Shown here: positions 10,150-19,406 of the stretch, piece by piece | How the letters are laid out: each line of letters opens with the position of its first letter | How positions within the stretch are numbered: position 1 is the stretch's first letter | Assembly (NCBI GenBank): GCA_036229005.1 | Contig: JAZAMN010000052.1 | Location: forward strand, 426,565-490,564 | Reading direction: 5' to 3' | Length of the DNA stretch: 64,000 nt | DNA from: Myxococcota bacterium | GTDB lineage: Bacteria; Myxococcota_A; UBA796; CAJQPC01 | Program-made: the position numbers and the translations under genes | The notes under the pieces: model-generated | Told to the model about the DNA's origin: nothing | Database searches by the model: none | What the model saw: only the letters and a program-made list of their open reading frames with translations

Positions 10150-11541
10150 GTGCACACCGACCGCCTCTGGGACGGGAGCCGCTGGGCCCTGGTGGTCCTG
10201 GCCGCCCTCGCCCACCTCGCCTTCGCCGCCCTGGACACCCGACTCCCGGCGGACGGGGCGCTGGTGGTGCACGACCTGGGCCCCTGGCTGCTGGCTTTCG
10301 AGAACGGCACCCTGCCGCCCGAGCTGCTGCGCGAGTCAGGGGCTTGGTACAGCGCCGGGATGGCTGCGGCTCTTCACCTGAGCGACCGTGCCCCCGCGGC
10401 CTTGCGGCTCTACTGCGCGAGCTTCGGGCTGTTGCTGCTGATCCAGACCGGCCGCCTGGGGCGCCTGCTGCACGGGCCCGCTGGAGGTGCGCTCGCCACC
10501 GGCCTGCTCCTGAGCATGCCCCTGGTGACCGGACTGGCCCGCATCCCCTGGTTCCACATCCCCGAGGCCGCCTTGGTGGTGACCGCCGCGCTGGCCCTGC
10601 AGCGCGATCCCCAGCTCCAGCGCTGGACGAGCTGGGCCGTCCTGGTCCCCAGCGGGCTCCTGGTGGCCAGCCTGCGCACCACCGGGCCCTTCTGGTTGCT
10701 CAGCCTCGCCCCCCTGCTCTGGCCCGCGCTGAGCGCCCGGAACTGGCGGGTGCTCCTGCTCCCCTTGCTCTGGCTCCCCGGGGCCTGGATCCAGCTCCTC
10801 GTGGTCGCCGAATACCTCGGCGGCAAGCTGGCCCAGAGGGAGCGCTACGCCGAGGCGGTCCCGGGGATCTGGGCCCAGCTTGACCTCGCTGTCGGGCGGG
10901 TGCCTCTGCTGTTGGCGGCGGCCGGGATCGTGGTCGGTGGGCCCTGGCGTGCTCGGCGCCCAGAGCTCCTCCTCCTCGTGCTCTGGCTGGGGCTGCCCCT
11001 GCTGCTGGTGGGGGTGTTCAGAGCGGGCGTGGACAACCACCCGCTGATCTGCGTGGGGCTCGCGCTGCTGGGGGCCTCGGCGACGGAGCGCTCTCACTGG
11101 GCGGCGGCGGTCCCGGTTGGATGGGCGGTGCTGTACTGGGGCTTGATGTGGGGCCTCCCGGAGGGGCTGAGGGCGCGGGTCCCCTTGTGGCGAGCGGAGT
11201 CACCCCGCATGACGCTCCAGGTGCCCTGGACCGGCTTTGGTCAGGCGGAGATCGAGGAGATCCTGAGGCTGGCCTGCACAGGCCCGGAGCGCTGTGATCT
11301 CTGGGTCAGCGGAGGGCTCAGCCACGGAGCGGATCACTCCACCGGGTCTCTGGAGGGGCTGCTGCTGGGTCGGCCTCTGCGGATCCAGGCCAACCTCCCC
11401 CCACCGCACCGTCCAGGAGCCTGGGTATGGCGTCATGGCCCAAGCGAGGTCAACCCGCTGCCTCCCGTCCAGCGCAAGCTCATGCACCCTGTGGCGGAGT
11501 TCTCGGACGGAGACCAGGTGGTGGAGGTCTGGGCACGCTGA
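10150..11541 (+). CDS. Polytopic membrane protein, GT-C/ArnT-like glycosyltransferase (start uncertain, 10081 or 10150)
   Basis: About 10 hydrophobic segments, acidic loop after the first TM (DTRLPAD), GRLGRLLHGPAGG turn, soluble C-terminal tail. Confidence 0.5.
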   Translation: MHTDRLWDGSRWALVVLAALAHLAFAALDTRLPADGALVVHDLGPWLLAFENGTLPPELLRESGAWYSAGMAAALHLSDRAPAALRLYCASFGLLLLIQTGRLGRLLHGPAGGALATGLLLSMPLVTGLARIPWFHIPEAALVVTAALALQRDPQLQRWTSWAVLVPSGLLVASLRTTGPFWLLSLAPLLWPALSARNWRVLLLPLLWLPGAWIQLLVVAEYLGGKLAQRERYAEAVPGIWAQLDLAVGRVPLLLAAAGIVVGGPWRARRPELLLLVLWLGLPLLLVGVFRAGVDNHPLICVGLALLGASATERSHWAAAVPVGWAVLYWGLMWGLPEGLRARVPLWRAESPRMTLQVPWTGFGQAEIEEILRLACTGPERCDLWVSGGLSHGADHSTGSLEGLLLGRPLRIQANLPPPHRPGAWVWRHGPSEVNPLPPVQRKLMHPVAEFSDGDQVVEVWAR

Positions 11542-11556
11542 GCGCCCCAGCGAGCC

Positions 11557-12741
11557 TCAATCCAGCCCGGCCTGCTCGCAGAGCGCCATGTCCGCGACGC
11601 TGGGCTGCACGCCCAGGCGCTGGGCGAGGTGCCGGATGAACACGCGCTCCTGCTCGTGGACGCGCTCGTCGGCCTGGGCGATGTGGCAGAGGTCCCGGAT
11701 GAGCTGCACGCGCTTGGGGGGCGCGACCAGGGCCACCACGCGCTCGATGCGCTCGGGCAGGACTTCCTTGAGGCGCTCGGGGTCCAGGGTGCGCGGGACC
11801 CGGTCGTGGCCCAGCAGCCCGGCCAGGGCCTGGACCTCGACGCGGGAGAGCTCCCCGTCCGAGCCGCCCAGGACCGCACCCGCCGCGAAGAGCAGCCGAC
11901 GCATGGCCTCCGCGCCCTCGCTGTCCTCCTCCAGGTAGCTGGCCTCCATCAGGCCCATCAGCCCCTGGACCTGCGCCTCCATCTCGGGCATCGGGGTGCC
12001 CTGCGGGCGCATGACCTCGCTGTGGGAGAAGGCCTCCGCGGCGCGCATGCGGACCGGTGAGAAGGGGTGGGTCGACATCCAGTCCATCACCGAGGCCCCT
12101 CGGCCCAGCGACTCATCCTCGCGGTAGAGCTCCTCGGCCTGGCGCATGTACGCCGCGACCTGCTCGGGGCCCGGGGCCTGCCGCATGCCGGAGGAGAGCT
12201 TGAAGAAGCTGCGCAGCGCGCCGCTGAGGCTGCCGGTGCAGAGCAGCCCGGCGCGGTCGGCGGAGAGCTCGGCCTGACGCAGCCAGGCGTGGCCCTTGAG
12301 CAGGGTCCGGGCGGCCACTCCGCTGCCCTGCTGGAAGGCCTGGAGGGGGATCCTGTGGTGCTCGTAGATGTGGTGACCCAGCTCGTGCCCGATCACGAAG
12401 GTGAGCTCCGGGGTGTCGAAGGCCTCCAGCAGGCTGGCGGTGAGCAGCAGGAAGACGCGGCCATTCTCGGGGCTGGTGCAGCCGGCGTTGAACTGGGGGG
12501 CGGCGTAGACGTAGACCTCCAGCTCCGTGTCGACCTTGAGGGTCCGGACGCAGTGATCCAGGACCTCGTGCAGCTCGGGGGCGATCTGGGGGGTGAGGCG
12601 CAGGGCCTGGGCCAACAGGGAGCGCCGGGTGTTCCCGCCCGCATCGGCCACCAGGGCGCTCATCTGCTGGATCTGGGGGTCCTCGAGCAGGGCCTGGGCC
12701 ATGGCGCGATCGACGGGGTTTCTGAGGCTCTGGGGATCCAT
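11557..12741 (-). CDS. M48 family Zn-metallopeptidase with C-terminal TerB-like domain
   Basis: FVIGHELGH (HExxH), ELSADRAG, STHP; C-terminal GSDGELSRVE and IAQADERVHEQE TerB-type motifs. Confidence 0.85.
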   Translation of the reverse strand: MDPQSLRNPVDRAMAQALLEDPQIQQMSALVADAGGNTRRSLLAQALRLTPQIAPELHEVLDHCVRTLKVDTELEVYVYAAPQFNAGCTSPENGRVFLLLTASLLEAFDTPELTFVIGHELGHHIYEHHRIPLQAFQQGSGVAARTLLKGHAWLRQAELSADRAGLLCTGSLSGALRSFFKLSSGMRQAPGPEQVAAYMRQAEELYREDESLGRGASVMDWMSTHPFSPVRMRAAEAFSHSEVMRPQGTPMPEMEAQVQGLMGLMEASYLEEDSEGAEAMRRLLFAAGAVLGGSDGELSRVEVQALAGLLGHDRVPRTLDPERLKEVLPERIERVVALVAPPKRVQLIRDLCHIAQADERVHEQERVFIRHLAQRLGVQPSVADMALCEQAGLD

Positions 12742-12802
12742 GTGTGCTCCATCTCTGGGCTCTGACGCCCCGGAATTGATAGCAGCGGGGGCCGGAGACA
12801 CC

Positions 12803-13987
12803 ATGCCATCCCTCTCTCGTCGCAGCGCCAAGCTCCGCTCCAGCGCCATCCGCAAGCTGGACGCCCTGGTCGCGCAGCGGCCCCAGACCCGCTTCTACCG
12901 GGTGAACATCGGCCAGCCGGACGTGCCCACCCCCAAGCCCATGTTGGACGCGATCGCCGCGTTCAACCCGGCGGTGCTGGCCTACGGTCCGGCCTCGGGG
13001 ATCGGGGCGTGCCGCGAGGCGGCGGCGGCCTACCACGCCCGGTGGGCCCCGGAGCTGCAGCCCGAGCACGTCGCGGTCACCACCGGCGGCAGCGAGGCGC
13101 TGATCTTCGCCATCGCGCTGGCCTGCGACACCGACGATGAGATCCTGGTCCCCGAGCCCTACTACACGAACTACCACGGCTTTGCGACCACCGCGGGCGC
13201 CCGCCTGCGCCCCCTGCGCACGCACCTGGAGCGCGGCTTCGCCCTGCCCACGCGGGAGGAGTTGGAGGCGGCCCTCACCCCGCACACCCGGGCCATCCTG
13301 CTGGCCAACCCGGGCAACCCCACGGGCGCGATCTACGACCGAGAGCAGATGGCCTCGCTGGTGGCTTTTGCCGTCGAGCATGACCTGTTCATCCTCAGCG
13401 ATGAGGTGTACCGCCGCATCTGGTTCGACCAGCCGCCCCCCTCCATCCTGGAGTTCCCCGAGGCGCGGCAGCTCGCGGTGTGCATCGACTCGCTCTCCAA
13501 GACCTGGAGCGCCTGCGGGCTGCGCCTGGGCTTCCTGATCTCCTTCAACGAAGAGCTGATGGCGGCCGTCGAGCGCCTGGGCCAGTCCCGCCTGGGGCCC
13601 CAACCCCTGGCCCAGGAGGCCGCGCTGGCCGCCCTGAGCATGCCCGAGTCCCACTATGAGGAGACCCGGCTGATCTACCGCGACCGCATCGACGCGCTGA
13701 TGGAGGCCCTGGAGCCCATCGAGGGCGTCGAGGTGCACCGGCCCCAGGGGGCCTTCTACCTGATGGCCCGGCTCCCGGTGGAGGACACCGAGGACTTCGC
13801 CCGCTTCATGGCGGCCGAGTTCGAGGACGAGGGCGAGTCGGTGGTGGTCGCGCCGGGCGGGGGCTTCTTCTCGAACCCCCACGACGGCCGGCACCTGATC
13901 CGCCTGGCCGCCGTCCTGGAGCCCGCCAAGCTGCGGCGCGCCGGTGAGCTCATCGGGCTGGGGCTGCAGGCGTACAAGGCCCGCTGA
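12803..13987 (+). CDS. PLP-dependent aminotransferase class I/II (aspartate aminotransferase-like)
   Basis: NIGQPD, NPGNPTG, SDEVY, DSLSKTWSACGLRLG; ATG after GGAG. Confidence 0.92.
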   Translation: MPSLSRRSAKLRSSAIRKLDALVAQRPQTRFYRVNIGQPDVPTPKPMLDAIAAFNPAVLAYGPASGIGACREAAAAYHARWAPELQPEHVAVTTGGSEALIFAIALACDTDDEILVPEPYYTNYHGFATTAGARLRPLRTHLERGFALPTREELEAALTPHTRAILLANPGNPTGAIYDREQMASLVAFAVEHDLFILSDEVYRRIWFDQPPPSILEFPEARQLAVCIDSLSKTWSACGLRLGFLISFNEELMAAVERLGQSRLGPQPLAQEAALAALSMPESHYEETRLIYRDRIDALMEALEPIEGVEVHRPQGAFYLMARLPVEDTEDFARFMAAEFEDEGESVVVAPGGGFFSNPHDGRHLIRLAAVLEPAKLRRAGELIGLGLQAYKAR

Positions 13988-14005
13988 GCCCCGCTGCGTC
14001 CCCCG

Positions 14006-16831
14006 CTATTCGGCGCCTTCGGGAGCGGCGGGCTCGGGGGCCAGCTCGGGGGCGGGATCGGTCGGCGCCAGCGTGTCCTCGCTGGTGGGATCGGTGGTCA
14101 AGGCGGTGAGCTCGGCCAACTGCTGCTCGAAGGTGGAGAGCGCAGCCCCGTACGCTGCCCAGTCCCCTCCCCTCTGGGCAGACATGGCGGCCTCCCAGCT
14201 CGTGTTGAGGGTCTGGACGACCTCGCCCAGGCTGGTGCCGCCCTGGGCCACGACGGGGAGCGCATCGCCGGTGGTCTCGGGGACGCCGGCCTGCCCGAAG
14301 ACGGCGAGCAGGGCCTCCTCCAGGGTGCGCTCCATGGCGATGTTGTCGCCGTAGGTGACCAGCACGCGCTTGAGCTCAGGCAGCTCGGAGCTGGCGGCCT
14401 CCAGGTAGAGCGGCATCACGTAGAGCAGGGAGTCCTGGACCGGGATGACCAACAGGGAGCCGCGGGTGACCTTGGAGCCCTTCTGGTCCCACAGGGACAT
14501 CTCCTTGGAGATCTCGGGGTCCTGGTTGATGCGGGCCTCGATCTGCTGGGGGCCGAAGATCAGCTTCTGCTTGGGGAACTGGTAGAGCTGCAGGGAGCCG
14601 GCGGTGTCGCCGTCGGAGCGGGCGGCCAGCCAGGCGATCATGTTCTGCTTGTCCTTGGGGACGTAGGGCTGGAGCAGCACGAACTCGGCCTGGTCTTTGC
14701 CGGGCAGCTTCATGATCAGGTAGTTGGGCCGGCTGGAGCGGAGCTGGGAGCCCATGACCTCGGTCCCGGTGCCCGAGCGCGAGGCGAAGTCCCAGAGGTC
14801 CTCGGCGTTGTAGAAGACCCCCACCCGCTCCATGTGGTAGCGGGCGTAGACCTGGGCCTGGACCAGGAAGAAGTCCATGGGGTAGCGCAGGTGGGCCTGC
14901 AGCTCGGCGGGCATCTCGGTCATGGGGCGGAACACGCCCTCGAAGATGGCGGCGTAGGCCTGGACCACGGGGTCCGCGTCGTCGCTGACGAAGAAGGTGA
15001 CGCTGCCGTCGTAGGCGTCGACCACCACCTTGACCGCGTTGCGCATGTAGTTGACCTTGCGCACGCCCCCGGCCCCGCGGAAGAGCACGGGCTCCGAGTA
15101 GGGGTAGCTGGAGGAGGTGGTGTAGGCGTCGAGCACCCAGACCAGGCGGCCGTCGACGACGACCATGTAGGGGTCCGAGTCGAGCATCAGAAAGGGCGCG
15201 ATGCTCTGCACGCGGCTGCGGATGTCGCGCCGGAAGTGCACCTTGGACTCGGAGGTCAGGTAGTTGGACAGCAGGATGTCCAGGCTGCCGAAGTGGGCCG
15301 CGAAGAGCAGCTTCTTGCCGAGGGACCCGATGGGCACGCCGCCGGTCCCGGCGTAGCGGGTGTACTGGTTCTCGTCGCCGTCGGGGTAGTCGAACTCGTC
15401 CGTGGTGGTGGCGGTGAACACGTAGGTGTTGGTGAGCTCGCCGTAGTAGATCTCCGGCCGGTCGAGCTGCAGGTCGATGTTGGACTCGGTGGGGATGTCC
15501 TGCAGGAAGAGCTCAGGGAGACCTCGGTCGGTCACGGCGTTCACGGGGCTCATGGCGACACCGTGCCCGTGGGTGTACTGGAAGTGCTCGTTCACCCAGC
15601 TCCGGTTCTCCACCTTGGCGTAGTTGAGCTCGCGCGCGGAGAGCATCACCTGCCGCAGGGTGCCGTCGATCAGGTAGCGGTCCACGTCGACGTCGTGGAA
15701 CTGGTAGTAGGGCCGGATGCCCTGGATCTGGGTGTAGGTGGTCTTGAGCTGGCCGTCGTCCCAGACGCGGATGTTCTTGATGGTCTCGGGGTTGTCGTCC
15801 AGATCCTGGGCGGTCAGGCCGGACTCCGCCGCGAAGGGCTCGGCGGCGATGCGGTCCAGCGCGAAGGCCTTCCGCGTGAAGGCGATGTTGTCCTCCAGGA
15901 AGGGCGTCTCGATGTCCAGCTCGTTGGGGGTGACCATCCAGGTCTGCAGGAGGCTGGGCCAGACGCCCTTGAGCAAGCCCCAGGACAGGCCGTAGAGCGC
16001 GAAGGCGCCGGTGGGCAGGCGCCAATCCCGGCGGCGGGTGGCGACCAGCAGGGCCAGGGCGGAGAGCAGCGAGACGCCGATGAGGATCCAGTGGGCGGGC
16101 AGCGAGCCGTTCAGATCCGCGTAGCCCATGCCGTAGACCACCCCGCTCTTCTCGAAGAGGAGCTGGAAGCTCTCCAGGTGCCAGCCCACAGCGAGCACGG
16201 CGAAGAAGAGCGCGCCCAGCACGAGCAGGTGGCTGCGGGCCCGGCGGGTGAGGCCGTCCCGCTGACCCACGAACACATCGCGCATGAAATAGAAGGCCAG
16301 CAGCGGCAGGGCCGTCACGGCGATCAGCGCGGCCAGAGCGTCCTGGAAGTGCTGGTACACCGGCAGGGAGAAGATGTAGAAGCCCAGGTCCTTCTCAAAG
16401 ACGGGGTCCACCTCTCCAAAGGGTTGGCGGTGAAGCCAGGTCAGCACGGCCATCCAAGCCGAGGACAGGGTGGCGCCAAAGAGCAGGGCGGGCAGGGCCA
16501 TCCAGGCGCCCACGCCGACGCGGAATGCGTTGCGGAGCTGGGGCCCGGTGAGGCCGCGATCCAGGACCAGGCGGGCGGCCCGGCGGAAGTCGATGGGGGC
16601 CTCGCGGGTGGCGAAGGCCAGGTTCCCGGCGATGAAGAGCACCGTGAGGGCGGCGCCCACGAACCACAGGCCCAGGCGCGCGGCCAGGCTGGTCGTGTAG
16701 ACGGCGCTGTAGCCCAGGGCGTCGAACCACAGGTAGTCGACCAGGGCCTTGATGGTGTTGCCCGAGAGGAGCCAGACCGCGACGGCGATCACGGCCAGGA
16801 TGCGAAGGAGGCGACCGCGCTGCTTGTTCAT
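14006..16831 (-). CDS. UPF0182 family membrane protein
   Basis: DYLWFDALGY, DPVFEKDLGFYIF, NIRVWD, YYQFHDVDVDRY, YTHGHG, PEIYYGE, GPQQIEARINQDPEIS. Confidence 0.93.
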   Translation of the reverse strand: MNKQRGRLLRILAVIAVAVWLLSGNTIKALVDYLWFDALGYSAVYTTSLAARLGLWFVGAALTVLFIAGNLAFATREAPIDFRRAARLVLDRGLTGPQLRNAFRVGVGAWMALPALLFGATLSSAWMAVLTWLHRQPFGEVDPVFEKDLGFYIFSLPVYQHFQDALAALIAVTALPLLAFYFMRDVFVGQRDGLTRRARSHLLVLGALFFAVLAVGWHLESFQLLFEKSGVVYGMGYADLNGSLPAHWILIGVSLLSALALLVATRRRDWRLPTGAFALYGLSWGLLKGVWPSLLQTWMVTPNELDIETPFLEDNIAFTRKAFALDRIAAEPFAAESGLTAQDLDDNPETIKNIRVWDDGQLKTTYTQIQGIRPYYQFHDVDVDRYLIDGTLRQVMLSARELNYAKVENRSWVNEHFQYTHGHGVAMSPVNAVTDRGLPELFLQDIPTESNIDLQLDRPEIYYGELTNTYVFTATTTDEFDYPDGDENQYTRYAGTGGVPIGSLGKKLLFAAHFGSLDILLSNYLTSESKVHFRRDIRSRVQSIAPFLMLDSDPYMVVVDGRLVWVLDAYTTSSSYPYSEPVLFRGAGGVRKVNYMRNAVKVVVDAYDGSVTFFVSDDADPVVQAYAAIFEGVFRPMTEMPAELQAHLRYPMDFFLVQAQVYARYHMERVGVFYNAEDLWDFASRSGTGTEVMGSQLRSSRPNYLIMKLPGKDQAEFVLLQPYVPKDKQNMIAWLAARSDGDTAGSLQLYQFPKQKLIFGPQQIEARINQDPEISKEMSLWDQKGSKVTRGSLLVIPVQDSLLYVMPLYLEAASSELPELKRVLVTYGDNIAMERTLEEALLAVFGQAGVPETTGDALPVVAQGGTSLGEVVQTLNTSWEAAMSAQRGGDWAAYGAALSTFEQQLAELTALTTDPTSEDTLAPTDPAPELAPEPAAPEGAE

Positions 16832-16883
16832 GCCTTGGGCCTTAGCCGGATAAGCGGGTCTCTGCCTGCCCCCCGGAGCCCTC

Positions 16884-17996
16884 ATGTCCCTGGTCCTGCT
16901 GCTCGCCTGCACCACCTCTGCGCCCCCGGAGCCCCCGCCCAGCGAGCCCGTGGACGCCGAGCACCCCGGACACTGGACCCGTCGGGACAACCTGAACTTT
17001 GGCCACGCGGAGTTCTCGCTGGTGCCCACGGACGCCGGGGTCGTGATCTTTGGCGGCTACTCCAACAAGGCCGAGCGCTGGGACCCCGAGAGCGGCCAGT
17101 CGTTGCGACTGGATGACGCACCGGCGGAGCTGCTGGGCGCGGTCGGACTGCCCTTCGCGGGTGGCGCGCTCTACCTGGGTGGGAGGCGGCCCCAGGGCAA
17201 GTTCGCCGGCGAGTCGCTGGCCTGGTCCCCGGAGACCGGCTGGTCCACGCTGCCTGCCCTGAGCACCCCGCGCTCGGAGGCCGTGGGCACCGTGCTCGAC
17301 GGCAAGGCGCTGGTGTGCGGCGGGCAGGGCGTGGACGGTCCGCTGGCGAGCTGCGAGTGGTTCGACGGCAGCGTGTCCTCGCCGGCGCCTGAGATGCCGG
17401 GTCCCAGGGCTGGAGCGGTCGCGGTGCGCAGCGGTGAGGACTGGATCCTCGTAGGCGGCACCGGTCCCTCTCCCCTGCCCCTCTACCGCTTCCACAAGGG
17501 CGCCTGGGAGTCCTGGGGCGAGCTGGACGCGGCGCTGACCCTGCACGCGGCGGTCGCGGTGGACGGGGGCGTGCTGGTGATCGGCGGCAAGGACGCAGAG
17601 GGCGCCCGCAGCAAGGTCCTCTTCTGCGACGGCACCTGCAAGGAGGTGGCTCCTCTGAACGAGGCGCGCGCTGGCCTGGGTGCGGGGCTGCTGGGAGACG
17701 GCCGCGTGGTGGCGTTCGGCGGCGAGGCCCTCCCGGAGAACCCGGACGCCCTGCCTCTGCGCAGCACGGAGCTACGCACTCTGGAGGGCACCTGGGAGCT
17801 GGGCGAGAAGGCCGGCCAGGCGCGGACGGGCGCGGTGGCCCTGCCCCTGGAGGACGGCACGCTGCTGGTGGTCGGCGGGGAGTCCCGCTCCAAGTCGATC
17901 ACGGCGATCTCCACCTTCTCGCCGGAGGACAAGCCCCCGCGGACGCCCCAGGCGCAGCCGGAGCCCGCACCCGTCGAGACCCCAACCTCCCCCTGA
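16884..17996 (+). CDS. Kelch-repeat (beta-propeller) lipoprotein
   Basis: LLLAC lipobox; repeated PR/AR...LxxGG kelch units (VVIFGG, LVCGG, LVIGG, LVVGG). Confidence 0.8.
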   Translation: MSLVLLLACTTSAPPEPPPSEPVDAEHPGHWTRRDNLNFGHAEFSLVPTDAGVVIFGGYSNKAERWDPESGQSLRLDDAPAELLGAVGLPFAGGALYLGGRRPQGKFAGESLAWSPETGWSTLPALSTPRSEAVGTVLDGKALVCGGQGVDGPLASCEWFDGSVSSPAPEMPGPRAGAVAVRSGEDWILVGGTGPSPLPLYRFHKGAWESWGELDAALTLHAAVAVDGGVLVIGGKDAEGARSKVLFCDGTCKEVAPLNEARAGLGAGLLGDGRVVAFGGEALPENPDALPLRSTELRTLEGTWELGEKAGQARTGAVALPLEDGTLLVVGGESRSKSITAISTFSPEDKPPRTPQAQPEPAPVETPTSP

Positions 17997-18008
17997 GTCG
18001 AGGCCCAC

Positions 18009-18332
18009 ATGCGCATCCCCGAGATCACCCCCGAGCAGACCCACGCCCGCATCCAAGCTGGCGAGGAGATCTGCATCCTGGACTGCCGCGAGGGCTTCGA
18101 GCTCGCCCTGGCCAAGCTGCCCTTCAAGGTGCTCCACATCCCCCTGATGCAGCTCGAGGACTACGAAGACCAGCTCCCTCGGGACCGCCAGATCGTGGTC
18201 ATGTGCCACCACGGCGTCCGCTCGCTGACGGGCGCCATGTGGCTGCGGGAGTGGGGCCTGGAGGCCGTCTCCATGAAGGGCGGCATCGACCGCTGGGCCA
18301 TCCAGGTGGACGGCTCCGTGGGTCGCTACTGA
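18009..18332 (+). CDS. Rhodanese-like domain protein
   Basis: ILDCRE, HIPL, active-site loop CHHGVRS, KGGIDRW. Confidence 0.9.
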   Translation: MRIPEITPEQTHARIQAGEEICILDCREGFELALAKLPFKVLHIPLMQLEDYEDQLPRDRQIVVMCHHGVRSLTGAMWLREWGLEAVSMKGGIDRWAIQVDGSVGRY

Positions 18333-18335
18333 GCG

Positions 18336-19406
18336 CTACTCCTCTTCTTCCTTGGCGCTCTCCAGGCGCTGGTTGAGCATCACGCGGAGCACGTCCCAGG
18401 CCTCGGTCTTGGCGTTGGCGTCGAAGCGCCAGTTGGAGAACAGCACCTCGCCCTCGCCGGAGTTGAAGCCCACGGTCATGGGCCCGGCCAGGCTGTAGGT
18501 CTGCATGCCATCCCGGTAGGCTACGGCCCCGGAGAGGTAGATGGTCGTGTCGGCCCCCACAGTCTCGATCACCGGGAAGCTGGGGAGGTCGTACCGGACC
18601 TCGGCAGTGCTCAGCCCCGTCGTCGAGGCCAGATCGGCGTCGTCCACCCGGGCGTTCACTGTGCCGGGCTCTCCGCGCTGGGCATCGTCGGGCAACAGGT
18701 CGTCCCCGTACCAGTCCACCGCCTCGGGCCAGCCGGCCTCGATGAGGTCATAGGACCAGTCCGTGGCGATCAGGATGCCGCCCTGGTCCACGTAGGCCTG
18801 CAGGGACGCGATCACGGCGTCCACCTGGGCCTGGTGTCCGGAGCCGTCGGAGTCGTAGAGCACGTCCTCTTCGATGTGGCCGCCGGAGAAGAGGATGGCG
18901 TCGTACACCACCAGGTTCTCGGGCACGGAGAGCAGCGCGGCGAGCTCAGCAGCGTTGTTGCCGTTCACGGCCTCGTATCCGCCGTAGCCCAGCCCCTCGA
19001 GCACGCGGCCCAGGTCGTCGTAGTTGCCGCTGACCACGGCCAGACGGCCGGTGCCGCCGCCGCAGTCGGGCTCGTCCAGAGCGATGCCACCGGAGGGCGG
19101 GATGTAGATCTCCCGCTGGTCGATGATCTCGGAGCCGTACTGGATGTAGACCGTGTAGGTCTGCTCTGGGGTCAGATCGCTGAGGTTCCAGTAGCCGTCG
19201 ATGTCGCTGACGGAGCGGCGGGTGTCGTAGAGCTCGCCGTCGCGGAAGAGGTGGGTGTAGGCCACCGCACCCTCCAGCCAGGTGGCGGTCTCCGGGTCGC
19301 AGACGCGGCCCAGGATGCCGTCGACGTTCCCGCTGCCGTTGTCGTTGATGGCGGTGAGGGTGGTCTCGGGGCCTTGGCAGGCCAGAAGCAGCATGGCGGC
19401 GATCAC
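18336..19406 (-). CDS. Hypothetical lipoprotein (carboxypeptidase-regulatory-like beta-sandwich plus alpha/beta domain)
   Basis: LLLAC lipobox; GRVCDP...SDIDGYWNLSDL; GTGA overlap with the upstream vWA gene. Confidence 0.65.
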   Translation of the reverse strand: MIAAMLLLACQGPETTLTAINDNGSGNVDGILGRVCDPETATWLEGAVAYTHLFRDGELYDTRRSVSDIDGYWNLSDLTPEQTYTVYIQYGSEIIDQREIYIPPSGGIALDEPDCGGGTGRLAVVSGNYDDLGRVLEGLGYGGYEAVNGNNAAELAALLSVPENLVVYDAILFSGGHIEEDVLYDSDGSGHQAQVDAVIASLQAYVDQGGILIATDWSYDLIEAGWPEAVDWYGDDLLPDDAQRGEPGTVNARVDDADLASTTGLSTAEVRYDLPSFPVIETVGADTTIYLSGAVAYRDGMQTYSLAGPMTVGFNSGEGEVLFSNWRFDANAKTEAWDVLRVMLNQRLESAKEEEE

